Source of the DNA: Candidatus Bathyarchaeia archaeon
Lineage (GTDB): Archaea > Thermoproteota > Bathyarchaeia > Bathyarchaeales > Bathycorpusculaceae
Assembly (NCBI GenBank): GCA_049516875.1
Contig: JBEKSS010000007.1
Span: 160,001 to 224,000 of the forward strand
Direction: 5' to 3'
DNA length: 64,000 nt
Shown here: piece after piece, positions 10,243-19,855 of the stretch
Position numbering within the stretch: position 1 is the first letter of the stretch
How the letters are laid out: every line of letters begins with the position of its first letter
The notes under the pieces: generated by a model
What the model was told of the DNA's origin: nothing
What the model saw: only the letters and a program-made list of their open reading frames with translations
Databases searched by the model: none
Made by a program: the position numbers and the translations under genes

Positions 10243-10978
10243 AGCATGGGCTGATAGTCTAATCAAAGCATTTTATATCGCAAAGAAAGACGCAAAGGTC
10301 TACTACTTCAAAGCGCCAAACTTCACTTACGGTCTTCTAATCCCTGTTTCATTATACTTGGCCTTCAGTATGGCTGGTGAAATCAGTTCAAAGCTGATTG
10401 TGGCGGGACTGACTTCTCTCGTCATGCTTTTCGGAACAACGTCGATTGAAGCGGTAGCAGTGGTCCTTGAGAAGCAAACTGGAACTTTTGAGAGATTGCT
10501 TGCTGCGCCCATTTCCTTATTCACTATTGTTCTTGGAAAAGCATTAGCCGGCTTTTTCTTCGGCCTCATACTCGCAGGTGCGGTTCTTTTTCCTCTGGCG
10601 ACTCTCTCCGGTATAGTTGTGATGAACCCTATGCTAGCTGTTATTGCGATCGCGTTTACCTCGCTGGCATTCTCAGCCTTGGGTATTATCGCTTCTGCCT
10701 ATGCAAAATGGGTTCCGGAAGCGCAGATGCTTTCAAACTTTCTGAGGTTCCCAATGGTTTTTCTTTCAGGAACCTTCACAGCCCTGGAGACCTTGCCTCC
10801 TCAATTGCAGGTCGTTGCTCGTTTCCTGCCTCTCACCTACTCTGTTGAAGCGTTGAGGAGTTCCGTTGGTGAATCAGCAGTCACTTACACTTACATCCTA
10901 GACATTGTTGTGTTGGCTTTGTTTAGCATCGTATTGCTAGTCTTATCTGCTAAGGTACTTGAAAAAAGAATCGCCTGA
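10235..10978 (+). CDS. ABC-2 exporter permease
   Basis: About six hydrophobic segments, EKQTGTFERLL..P, FLSG.F, LPLTY. Confidence 0.88.
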   Translation: MARAWADSLIKAFYIAKKDAKVYYFKAPNFTYGLLIPVSLYLAFSMAGEISSKLIVAGLTSLVMLFGTTSIEAVAVVLEKQTGTFERLLAAPISLFTIVLGKALAGFFFGLILAGAVLFPLATLSGIVVMNPMLAVIAIAFTSLAFSALGIIASAYAKWVPEAQMLSNFLRFPMVFLSGTFTALETLPPQLQVVARFLPLTYSVEALRSSVGESAVTYTYILDIVVLALFSIVLLVLSAKVLEKRIA

Positions 10979-10989
10979 TATCGCGAAAA

Positions 10990-11706
10990 TCACTTGTGTT
11001 CATGGATCCAGCCATAGTCGGCGTAGACCTTTCTTATCGGTCCTGAAGTTAGGAAATCGATGAACCTCTCAGACAACTCTGCATCCTTACTATAGGAGAT
11101 TATGCCTGCCACAGTGCTTCTGAAGATCTGAAGATTCGGGGGGAGCTCGATTATTTCGCAAGTGTCTGGCCAGACGCCTTGGAATGCGTTCCAGCCGAAT
11201 ATGGCGTCAACCTTGTCTGAGTGGATTAGACTCATGAGAGAGCCGCATGCGTCTGCATGATGGGTGATGTTTCGACGTATCTGGTCTGTCAATCCTGCTT
11301 TGGTCGCTACGTCGTCCCACACGCCCTTCAGGCATCCATCAACGGCTATTCCGATTCGAACGTCTTTCCTGCAAAGGTCTTTGAGAGAAGCGATCTTTGC
11401 TGGGTTTCCAACGGGAACAATTATCACAGATCTTCGATAGCCCAGACTCTTTCTTGAGCCTTTAAGTATCAACCCTTGATCTTCTGCATCATCTAGAATG
11501 TACTCGGCTCCCGAAGAGAAGACGTCGCCTTTTTTTAACTTCGCAATTTCGTTCAGGAGGTCTCCTGGTTTGCCTATTCTTAAGTCGCATTTTACCTTGG
11601 AGTCTTTCTCAAAAATAGCAATCGCATCACGGAGAGGTGGAGCAACCGCCCCAGCAGAATACACCTTAAACTGCCCTTTTTCAGATTCCATAGACCTTCT
11701 TACCAA
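10990..11706 (-). CDS. ModA/WtpA-like oxyanion-binding protein lacking a signal peptide
   Basis: VYSAGA, G..G.LL..I, GDVF, VPVGNPAKI.SL.DL, F.DFL.S; no hydrophobic N-terminus. Confidence 0.7.
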   Translation of the reverse strand: MVRRSMESEKGQFKVYSAGAVAPPLRDAIAIFEKDSKVKCDLRIGKPGDLLNEIAKLKKGDVFSSGAEYILDDAEDQGLILKGSRKSLGYRRSVIIVPVGNPAKIASLKDLCRKDVRIGIAVDGCLKGVWDDVATKAGLTDQIRRNITHHADACGSLMSLIHSDKVDAIFGWNAFQGVWPDTCEIIELPPNLQIFRSTVAGIISYSKDAELSERFIDFLTSGPIRKVYADYGWIHEHK

Positions 11707-11821
11707 GCCTGCCTCCCCTTCTGATGAATAATAATCATCAAGACCTGCACAAATTGCTTTCGAATTCTGCGAAAAATTACACGTGGTTCATATACGAAAA
11801 GCAATTGAAACGCGATGATTT

Positions 11822-11850
11822 TGGTAGCCTGGGAGAGTTTCGAACTCTCG
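11822..11850 (-). other. Orphan tRNA 3' fragment (T-arm, acceptor strand, ACCA), Gln-like
   Basis: Minus strand CGAGAG-TTCGAAA-CTCTC-CCAGGCT-ACCA; no 5' half upstream. Confidence 0.7.
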
Positions 11851-11896
11851 GCGAGCATAATCTGAGCATATTTTTGCCGGTAAAATAAGGTGGGGG

Positions 11897-11943
11897 TCCC
11901 ACCCCCCGCACTTTAATTTCGGGCTTGGTTTGAGCTTATTTCG
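11897..11943 (+). repeat. attR-like copy of the tRNA-Leu 3' end and trailer
   Basis: tcccaccccccgcac-ttt-aatttcgggcttggtttgagcttatttcg aligns to 7929-7975. Confidence 0.85.
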
Positions 11944-12141
11944 TCTAGCGGATAATCGGACCTGGATGCAGGTCATCCTTTTTCTAGGCCTCAGTCTATC
12001 TAAATTGGTTTCTAAGAACCCTTATATCAATTGATACTCTGAAACTCTATCCGTTGAGGAATTACACTTTGACTGAAGTCAAAAGTGAGAACGTCAAACA
12101 TAAAATTGGGTTCTGCAGAGTCTGGTGCCGGAGCGCGCGCG

Positions 12142-12753
12142 ATGACTAGGAAACGCAGGCGAACACACAGAAAGGGCCTCATCATTTCTGCTGTACTTCT
12201 TCTCGTAGGATTGTCTTCAATTCTTGGTTTTTGGTTCCTTGGACAGAACCTGAACCCTGACTTTCAGCGGTTTAGAGATCACTACTTGGGAATAATGGAG
12301 AACTTGAACTCCAGCGAAACCAAGCTTGCTATGATGTCACAACTTGACCGGAAATACAATTTCACCGATCTCTTCACGTGGGAACACAGCAAGCTCAACT
12401 TCACTTCCGATCTGCAAGGCAATTGGCTTGAAGAACCAATGGCGATCCTGAATAGCGGAAGAGGCATATGCGTGCAGTTCAGCGTTGTCTACGTCTCAGC
12501 ATGTCTGGCGCTCGACATCCAAAGCAGACTCGTAGTGGCAGTCAACGCAACAACTTGGACAACCATCCACGTTTGGGCCGAAGTAAACCTCAACAACAGC
12601 TGGGTTCACGTGGACCCGTCTGACCAAGTTTGGAACCAAGCCTCAAGATACCAAAGGTGGGATTGGGGCGAAGGCATAGGACGAGACGTGAAAATCTACG
12701 CTTTTGAGCCGGGAAAATGCGAAGACGTGACACAACATTACGGAACCAGCTGA
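12142..12753 (+). CDS. Membrane-anchored transglutaminase-like protein
   Basis: Basic N-terminus plus TM helix; GICVQF, HVWAEV, VDPS (Cys-His-Asp triad). Confidence 0.8.
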   Translation: MTRKRRRTHRKGLIISAVLLLVGLSSILGFWFLGQNLNPDFQRFRDHYLGIMENLNSSETKLAMMSQLDRKYNFTDLFTWEHSKLNFTSDLQGNWLEEPMAILNSGRGICVQFSVVYVSACLALDIQSRLVVAVNATTWTTIHVWAEVNLNNSWVHVDPSDQVWNQASRYQRWDWGEGIGRDVKIYAFEPGKCEDVTQHYGTS

Positions 12754-12996
12754 GTCAAACCATGTTTTCACATGTTCGCCCGCGCAAACAGTGCACGCGC
12801 CAGAATGTTACGCTGCACCTCAGCTATCTCCCCTTCAGAGTAGCGCGCAAAGTCGTATGTAACAATTGATGAACTTCTCAACATTGCCATAAGGGCTCTC
12901 GAATTTCAAATTGTAGCAAAAAGGGTCGTGGAAAAAGACTTTTTCAGAGCCCATCGAGCTTACTTTGCACTACATCGACGCGTGCACGTCAGCACG

Positions 12997-13548
12997 TTAC
13001 TTCAGAAACTCTGAAACCTCGTCAACTGTTCTTCTCGGCCTCGGAGCCGAAGTAGATGCTGGCCAACCAAGCGTAACCGCGGCCACGAGCGTCCACGACT
13101 TGCTGACATGCTTGGTTAGCGCGTTTGAAGCAAAATAGATATCGCAGATCCAGAGCGAGCCTAGTCCGAGACTGTGGGCTTTGAGAAGCATGTTTTGGAT
13201 CGCCGCCGCTACGCTCTGCAATGAAGGTTTGGAGATCCGAGGATGGTCCGCATCCCAGACCATGATCAGCACGGGCGCCTGCTCCATGATCGCGCAACTC
13301 ATGAAAGAAGACCCCATCCGCCCTCTGCCAACCCTCTTTAACCGCGTCTCAAGCTTCGACCTGAACAAATCTGTGAGCCTCTTCTTAGCGTCACCCGTCA
13401 AGACGGTGAACCGCCACATTTGCCTATTCCTAGCCGAAGGCGCCCAAGTCCCAGCGCCCAAAACCTGACGAACGAGTTCGGTAGGCACTGCTTTGTCCAT
13501 GTATTCGCGGATGCTTCGTCTTCCCGTTATCGCTTCATCAAGCTCCAT
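12997..13548 (-). CDS. Nitroreductase family protein
   Basis: RRSIR, APSARN.Q.W.F, AAIQNMLL.A..LGLGS.W. Confidence 0.9.
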   Translation of the reverse strand: MELDEAITGRRSIREYMDKAVPTELVRQVLGAGTWAPSARNRQMWRFTVLTGDAKKRLTDLFRSKLETRLKRVGRGRMGSSFMSCAIMEQAPVLIMVWDADHPRISKPSLQSVAAAIQNMLLKAHSLGLGSLWICDIYFASNALTKHVSKSWTLVAAVTLGWPASTSAPRPRRTVDEVSEFLK

Positions 13549-13689
13549 GACGACCGCCTTGATCGATTTCAACCTGTCACCGTGCTCTTAAGATTTGCCA
13601 ATTGTCGACTTGAGCGGACACTGGCTGCGCAGATTGGGGCGCAAAAACCCTTTTATCTTTCTCTCCAAGACCAGATTCAGGGTGTGGAC

Positions 13690-14409
13690 ATGCGGGTCGA
13701 GGCTGTGCTTTTTGATCTTTTCGACACTCTGCTGCTGCTTGAGCCTGCAGAAGTTTACTATGAGCCTTGCTTGAGGAGGCTTCATGAATCTTTGGTCGAA
13801 AATGGGATCGAGGTCGCTTTTGAGGATTTCAGCCGCGTCTACTTCGAGGTTCGGGATAAATATTATTCCGAGTCTCGCCAGAGCCTGGAGGAACCCCACT
13901 TCAACGTTCGGGTTGCCCAGACACTGCAGAAGCTCGGTTTCAATCTTGATGTCTCCAACCCAATTGTGTCAGGGGCAACGGGGGCGTTTGCAGACGAATT
14001 CATGCGTTACGTAAGCATAGACGACGATGCGATCAATGTGCTGCAGAAACTATGCGGAAAATACAAGCTTGGCTTAATATCAAATTTCGGTATCCCCGAA
14101 TGTGGTAGACAGCTCCTAAGCCGTTTTGGTTTGAGCAGGTTTTTCGATTTGATAGTGATTAGCGGGGAAGTTAACCAGAGAAAGCCTAGCCCCAAAATCT
14201 TTGAGAGGGCATTGGATGCTTTGAACGTGCACCCTTTAAAAGCCGTGTTCATTGGAGACATGCTGGATTTAGACATCATAGGCCCAAAAAAAGTTGGCAT
14301 GAAAACCATCCTGATAGAAAGAAGACCCATGCAAGATCACGCTGAGGTTAAACCAGACAAGGTTGTCAAAAGTCTAACTGAGCTCTTGAACATTCTCGAT
14401 GATTGCTAA
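13690..14409 (+). CDS. HAD-superfamily hydrolase
   Basis: FDLFDTL, ISN, KP.P.IF, IGD.L..DI; ATG at 13690. Confidence 0.88.
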   Translation: MRVEAVLFDLFDTLLLLEPAEVYYEPCLRRLHESLVENGIEVAFEDFSRVYFEVRDKYYSESRQSLEEPHFNVRVAQTLQKLGFNLDVSNPIVSGATGAFADEFMRYVSIDDDAINVLQKLCGKYKLGLISNFGIPECGRQLLSRFGLSRFFDLIVISGEVNQRKPSPKIFERALDALNVHPLKAVFIGDMLDLDIIGPKKVGMKTILIERRPMQDHAEVKPDKVVKSLTELLNILDDC

Positions 14410-14569
14410 CCGAAGAAAAAGACACCAAGCGCGTGCCATATCGTGACGAATAGAAATGCGCGCTTATATTAGCATTATTTCCGCTCGCATTTCTCAAATC
14501 TGGACGCTCTGTCCGCTTCTGCCATATCATTCCATACACGCATGTTTGTGAACATAGACAAGATTGGTG

Positions 14570-15871
14570 TTATATCAGTAGTTTCTTTTTTGCGAGATAT
14601 CTTCTTGTTTCCCGGTACGCTTCTATTCTTTGTTTGGCGGTGAAATCTGCGGTTTCGAAAACGGGGTAGGTGTCTTCAACGTCGTCTACGGGCCAGTTCA
14701 AAAGCTCCTCCCGATCGTAGCCAAGCCAGTGCCCGCTCTTGTCTACCCAACACCAGAACTCGGTCCCAGGAATGGGCGTAGCCAAGCTCAGATGAACTCC
14801 GTCAACCTTGATTCGCTCAACAAACCTCCTTATCTTGTCAACAACTTTCACAGTGTCGCCTGGATTCCCAATCATGAGAAAAACATTAGCCTTGATTCCA
14901 GCTTCATGCGTCAGCATGGTTGCCTTGTCCACTTGATCTAGAGCTATGCCTTTCTTAATTCTATTCAGAACCTCAGGGTCTACTGATTCAACACCGTAGT
15001 TGATGGCTGTGCAGCCTGCCTTCTTCATTTTTATCAGTAGCCCTTCGGTTACAGAGTCAACCCTTATGCCGTTCCATAAGTAAAAGCCAAGCTTCCATTT
15101 CTTGGCAATTATTCCGTCAAGAATCTTCTCAGCCCTGTCCAAATCAAACGTGAAATTATCGTCCAGAAAACTCAGGCCATTAACTCCATAGTGCTTTCTC
15201 AAGTGCTCGATTTCTGTCAACACGTATTCGGGGCTGTGACCACGCCAGCGCCTACCATAAACCGAACGCGAACAGAAAGCACACTGATAAGGGCAACCCC
15301 TAGAAGTAAAAAGAACCCCGCCATTATCACCGTAAGACTTCATAGGCAGCTTTTCTCTGGCAGGAAAAGGCAAACCATCTAAAGCCTCAACGGGATCCCT
15401 TGAAGGATTACTCCTAGTCTTGCTTCCATGGTGGAAAATCAAGCCGTTAACATCACTTAGATCCTGCTTGTTCTGCAATCTTTCCAAGAGTTCAACAAAA
15501 GTAACCTCGCCTTCGCCAACAACAACCGCGTCGATTTCCCGGTGCCTAACTAGCATCGCCTCACCCATTATACTGGCATATGGACCACCGACAACTACAA
15601 AACACTCAGGAAAATGAGTCTTCACTTTGCTAACGACAGCAAGAGCCTGACGGGCATTTCCAATTGCAGAGGAAACCCCAACAACTTCAGGCCTCTCACG
15701 AGACAAAGACTCTTCGAGAGCGACTGAAGACTCAACGTTCAAGTCGATGATTTTCGCTTCAAATCCTTTATTCTTCAACATGGCCGCCAGATAGCCTAAT
15801 CCAAGAGGGGGAACCCGAAACAAACTCTTTCCAACGGGCTGAACCAAGACAGCTTTCATGATATCCAACAA
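14570..15871 (-). CDS. B12-binding radical SAM protein
   Basis: PPLGLGYLAA, VVGGPYAS, GEGE, TSRGCPYQCAFC. Confidence 0.9.
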   Translation of the reverse strand: MLDIMKAVLVQPVGKSLFRVPPLGLGYLAAMLKNKGFEAKIIDLNVESSVALEESLSRERPEVVGVSSAIGNARQALAVVSKVKTHFPECFVVVGGPYASIMGEAMLVRHREIDAVVVGEGEVTFVELLERLQNKQDLSDVNGLIFHHGSKTRSNPSRDPVEALDGLPFPAREKLPMKSYGDNGGVLFTSRGCPYQCAFCSRSVYGRRWRGHSPEYVLTEIEHLRKHYGVNGLSFLDDNFTFDLDRAEKILDGIIAKKWKLGFYLWNGIRVDSVTEGLLIKMKKAGCTAINYGVESVDPEVLNRIKKGIALDQVDKATMLTHEAGIKANVFLMIGNPGDTVKVVDKIRRFVERIKVDGVHLSLATPIPGTEFWCWVDKSGHWLGYDREELLNWPVDDVEDTYPVFETADFTAKQRIEAYRETRRYLAKKKLLI

Positions 15872-16061
15872 CTAGCAGGAAATACCAAATAAGCCTGCCG
15901 TTAACAGTCCAAGCCCGCTTTAGTGTTGATGATACAGGAAATGATAGATACATCAAAGAAGGAACGAAGAAACCTAAAATTGTCCTCAATTCCAGAAGTA
16001 ACAAGACGCGTGTTTGATGATTATCTGTTTAAGAGTCCAAGGCGTTCGCGGGATTGGCCAG

Positions 16062-16442
16062 TCATGTTCTTGTTATTACGATAGTAGCGGTCGCGCCCAT
16101 GTCGGCGCTGACAGTGAAAACGTATGGCCCGTTTTGGGGGACTGTCCATCCGAAATTGTAGAAGGTTTGAGATTCTTGGTCTAGTAGTTTTACAGTTGGG
16201 GAGTTCTGCTGTGCGGCTGCTAAATTCACGAGTTGGCCGTTGCCTGAAACTTGGATTTGCAGTTGGTCGCCTTTGTTGAGTGCGAGATTGTATTGTGTTT
16301 CGTAGTCATTTTGAGTAAGAACGACAGTTTCGTTCAGAAGGACAGTTGGCTGCGTGGGATGAGCTACCCGTGGGGCCAAAAACATGAGGCTTAACACTAT
16401 GATAGCCAATGCAACGAGGAGAGATTGGACTTGGGTCATCAA
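16062..16442 (-). CDS. Exported/anchored small beta-sandwich protein
   Basis: N-terminal hydrophobic helix followed by a beta-rich domain. Confidence 0.55.
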   Translation of the reverse strand: MMTQVQSLLVALAIIVLSLMFLAPRVAHPTQPTVLLNETVVLTQNDYETQYNLALNKGDQLQIQVSGNGQLVNLAAAQQNSPTVKLLDQESQTFYNFGWTVPQNGPYVFTVSADMGATATIVITRT

Positions 16443-16611
16443 GGTGTTTCTTGTAACCTCTTTCTGATCTTGGAGGAATTTTACTAGTTGTTTAGGAGCG
16501 ATTATGAGGTTTATGAAGAATCGATATAGATGCTGTATTCAGATTCTGGATATTCCTTCTGAAACATGATTTGGCGATAAGCGCTTTGTGTGTGCACGAA
16601 TAGGTGTGTGT

Positions 16612-17775
16612 CTATTCAGTGAGCGAATGATGCCAGTTGATTATGTATTCGGGGAGCCTGAGACCTCTTTCGCCCAGTCTCTCAACCAGTCTCACGGGCA
16701 ACGGGCTCAAAACATACGCAGCCCTCATGTAAAACCTCCTAGGTTGCCCCGGCTTGACTTCCTCCTCCATGCCTATGTGGAGGTCTGACTTTTCTTTTAG
16801 AGTGGACTTTCTAGTTCCAGTGATTGACAAAACTGTTCCGTTCATTTTCTTCAATATTTCACACCACGCTATGACAGGTTTGGTCTCGCCAGAGTAAGAA
16901 ACCAAGATTTCCAGGTCACCTGGCCTTGGCGGAGGAGTGTTTACACCCCTAGTGATGTAAACGTTGTCTCCGAGTGTGCTCTTGATGTGAAAGAGTCTTA
17001 CGGCAGCCATCTTGACTATCTCGTTTGCCGTACCTTTTCCACCAAGAAAGACGTCTGTCCGTTTTTCAAGGATGTCTATAAGTCGTGAGTAGGTTTCAGA
17101 TTCCGTTGTCGAGTCGATTATTGGTCCGAGCTTGGCGAACTCTTCTTCGCAGAGCTGAAGTATCTCATGTGCCTCAAGGTTTCGAAACATTGCCTCGGTC
17201 ATCATGCATAGAAGGAGGAGGCTTCCCAGCTCGAAGATGTCTCCCATGATGCCTGTCTCGCTGTAGTCGAGGGAGGGTTTGGCTCTACCTCGCCCTATCA
17301 ATTCGACAACGTGTCCGCATTTGTCGACAATCTCTGCGAGTGGTGAGTTCAAGTTGGAGGTTATGAGCCCCATGGAGAACTTGGAAGACTTCTTCTCGCC
17401 GATGTATTTTGAGAGGTCTTGGGCCATCACCAACGGATCGCCCGACACACCGCTTCCAGAGTTTATCAAGAGCAGGGTCTTGTTGTACCGCCTTTCGAAC
17501 TCGGCTGCAGCGTCATACATGTTCTTCCCCGGAAACCCTGGGTCGTCGGGAGTCAACACAACCTTATTTCTCCAGCCTATGTGGCTGATTGCTATTTGAC
17601 TCATTGCCGCGTTGAGCGAATACAACGATCTGCCCGATCCCCCGCAAACCACGCAGTCGGCTGACTTCAAGTCTTCGTACAGTAATGCCAACTCTCTTTT
17701 TTTGATATTGAGCAAGTTGTCTCTGATTCTGTTGATGTATCCGATGCGACTGACCTTGTTCCTTATCTCTATCAC
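16612..17775 (-). CDS. Tandem SIS-domain sugar-phosphate isomerase-like protein
   Basis: GSGRS, INSGSG, MG..FE, then a second SIS with VSYSGET and ITG...S.L. Confidence 0.65.
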   Translation of the reverse strand: MIEIRNKVSRIGYINRIRDNLLNIKKRELALLYEDLKSADCVVCGGSGRSLYSLNAAMSQIAISHIGWRNKVVLTPDDPGFPGKNMYDAAAEFERRYNKTLLLINSGSGVSGDPLVMAQDLSKYIGEKKSSKFSMGLITSNLNSPLAEIVDKCGHVVELIGRGRAKPSLDYSETGIMGDIFELGSLLLLCMMTEAMFRNLEAHEILQLCEEEFAKLGPIIDSTTESETYSRLIDILEKRTDVFLGGKGTANEIVKMAAVRLFHIKSTLGDNVYITRGVNTPPPRPGDLEILVSYSGETKPVIAWCEILKKMNGTVLSITGTRKSTLKEKSDLHIGMEEEVKPGQPRRFYMRAAYVLSPLPVRLVERLGERGLRLPEYIINWHHSLTE

Positions 17776-17924
17776 GCTCGACTTGATCCAAGACTCGGCG
17801 ATTCTATATTTATCTTATGCGCACTAATTCAGGTCCTACCTCGCCAGAATCATGTATGTCCGACATAAACTTTTTTTGTTGGCTTTGCCTTTTGCTTTGA
17901 CCAGATGTGTTGTGGAAAGCGTAA

Positions 17925-18923
17925 GTGAAGCTTTTGGAAAAGGCTATTGAAACGAGTGAGCTTACAAGGCGTTTTGGCGGACTTGTGGCAGTTGACAAGC
18001 TCAACATTTCCGTTGAGCGGGGGGAAGTCTTCGGTCTGTTAGGGCCTAACGGTGCGGGGAAGACGACGACGATTTCGATGCTTTGCACTATTTTGAAGCC
18101 CACTTCGGGTTCGGCGAGGGTTAACGGTTTTGACGTTGTGAAGCAGGATACGCAGGTACGGAAGTCGATTGGCATTGTTTTTCAGGATCCAAGCATTGAT
18201 GACAGGCTTACGGGCAGGGAGAACCTTTACATGCACGCTAATCTGTATGGTGTGCCGCCGGGCGAGCAGAAGTCGCGCATTGACAGGGTTTTGAAGTTGG
18301 TTGAGCTTGAGGACAGGGCTGACGATCTCATGCGAACCTACAGTGGCGGGATGAGGCGTCGGTTAGAGATTGCAAGGGGGTTGATTCATTATCCGAAGGT
18401 TTTGTTTCTAGATGAGCCGACGATTGGGCTTGATCCTCAGACGCGGGAGCACATTTGGTCGTACATTGAGGATTTGAGGAAGGCTCATGATATTACTGTG
18501 GTTTTGACGACGCATTACATGGAGGAAGCGGACAGGCTTTCTGACCGTATAGCGATTATGGATTACGGTAAGATCGTGGCTTTGGACACGCCTGCTAAGC
18601 TTAAGGATACGCTTGAAGGCGACGTCATAACCGTCAAGACTAAGGAGGCTGCGAAGCTTTCTTCTGTTGTTGCTGTTACTGCAGGTGTTCTGAGGGCCAA
18701 TATAGTTGGCGATGGGCTTGAACTCACGGTTCGTGGTGGAAGGGCTCTTTTGCCCAGGATAGTGGAAGCCGCGGCGAAAAACGGAGTTTTTGTTGAGTCG
18801 GTTTCTCTGCGCGAGCCGAACCTTGCAGACGTTTTCTTGCATTACACTGGTCGTGCGATTCGGGCTGAAGGCGGTGATGAGCTTCACGGTTTGTCAGCGA
18901 TAAGGAGGAGGCGAATCAAATGA
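17925..18923 (+). CDS. ABC-2 (DrrA-like) ATP-binding subunit
   Basis: GPNGAGKTT, YSGGM, LDEPT.GLD. Confidence 0.9.
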   Translation: MKLLEKAIETSELTRRFGGLVAVDKLNISVERGEVFGLLGPNGAGKTTTISMLCTILKPTSGSARVNGFDVVKQDTQVRKSIGIVFQDPSIDDRLTGRENLYMHANLYGVPPGEQKSRIDRVLKLVELEDRADDLMRTYSGGMRRRLEIARGLIHYPKVLFLDEPTIGLDPQTREHIWSYIEDLRKAHDITVVLTTHYMEEADRLSDRIAIMDYGKIVALDTPAKLKDTLEGDVITVKTKEAAKLSSVVAVTAGVLRANIVGDGLELTVRGGRALLPRIVEAAAKNGVFVESVSLREPNLADVFLHYTGRAIRAEGGDELHGLSAIRRRRIK

Positions 18924-19681
18924 CGGAGATCAGGGGCATTTACACGCTTTGGCTGCGTGAAATCAAACGTTACCTTAGGGACAGGGCGAGAATCGTGAGC
19001 AGCTTCGTCCAGCCGTTGCTTTGGCTGGTCATATTCGGCAGTGGCATCCGCTTCTCAGCAACTCAAATAGGCAACTTGACAACTCAGCAGTACATCTTCC
19101 CCGGAATTATCGGGCAGACGCTTCTGTTCACTTCAATGTTTATGGGCATATCTGTCATATGGGACAGAGAATTCGGTTTTTTGAAGGAGATACTTGTGGC
19201 ACCGATTTCACGTTTCTCAGTTTTCTTGGGCAAGATGTTGGGCGACAGTACGGATGCTGTGATCCAGGGAGTTATCGTTTTCGTGCTGGGTCTGCTGTTG
19301 GGTATAAGGTTGAATCTTCTGATGTTTTTAGAGGTTTTGCCAATCATGATTCTTGTAACGTTCGGACTGGTGAGCATAGGGCTCACAGTGGCCAGTTTCA
19401 TAGACAGCCTTGAGAGCTTCGGAGTAATACAGAGCTTCATAAACCTCCCCCTCTTCTTTCTCAGCGGCGCCCTTTTTCCACTACGCGGAGACATTCCAAT
19501 CTGGTTGCAAATCGCCTCAAGTTTCAACCCGCTAACCTACGGCGTGGACGCTTTGAGAACCATCATCTTGGGCAACGCATGGCCACCCTTGCACCCTCTA
19601 TACTACAACATCCTAATGATATGCGTCTTTGACGTTGCCATGATGACCATCGGAACTCTCGCCTTCAGCAGAAGAAAATAG
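18920..19681 (+). CDS. ABC-2 permease
   Basis: WDREFGFLKEILVAP, FLSGALFP, NPLTYGVD; ATGA overlap. Confidence 0.9.
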   Translation: MTEIRGIYTLWLREIKRYLRDRARIVSSFVQPLLWLVIFGSGIRFSATQIGNLTTQQYIFPGIIGQTLLFTSMFMGISVIWDREFGFLKEILVAPISRFSVFLGKMLGDSTDAVIQGVIVFVLGLLLGIRLNLLMFLEVLPIMILVTFGLVSIGLTVASFIDSLESFGVIQSFINLPLFFLSGALFPLRGDIPIWLQIASSFNPLTYGVDALRTIILGNAWPPLHPLYYNILMICVFDVAMMTIGTLAFSRRK

Positions 19682-19855
19682 CTGTTCCCCAAACATGCTC
19701 ATCACTTCGAGTGGCCATTCTTGCCAGCGTGGCCAATGGCAAAGTCCTAATAAACTACCACGTTAGCGGTTATGAGTTCAAATCTCACCTGCCCTATATT
19801 CTTGGCGAACCAAAAGCTTGGACTTCACACGCGCCTTCGAATTACTCTGATACGT

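Larger units (their letters stand above)
7929..11943. mobile_element. tRNA-Leu-integrated genomic islet without integrase
   Basis: Ungapped 47-bp direct repeat (40/47 identical) at 7929-7975 and 11897-11943, starting in the tRNA T-arm. Confidence 0.75.

Noticed and set aside
13420-13689. N-terminal extensions in the ORF track (HAD from 13420, PadR from 31849, KorA from 48135)
   Set aside because: They overlap neighbouring genes or promoters; downstream ATGs with RBS match the family starts.
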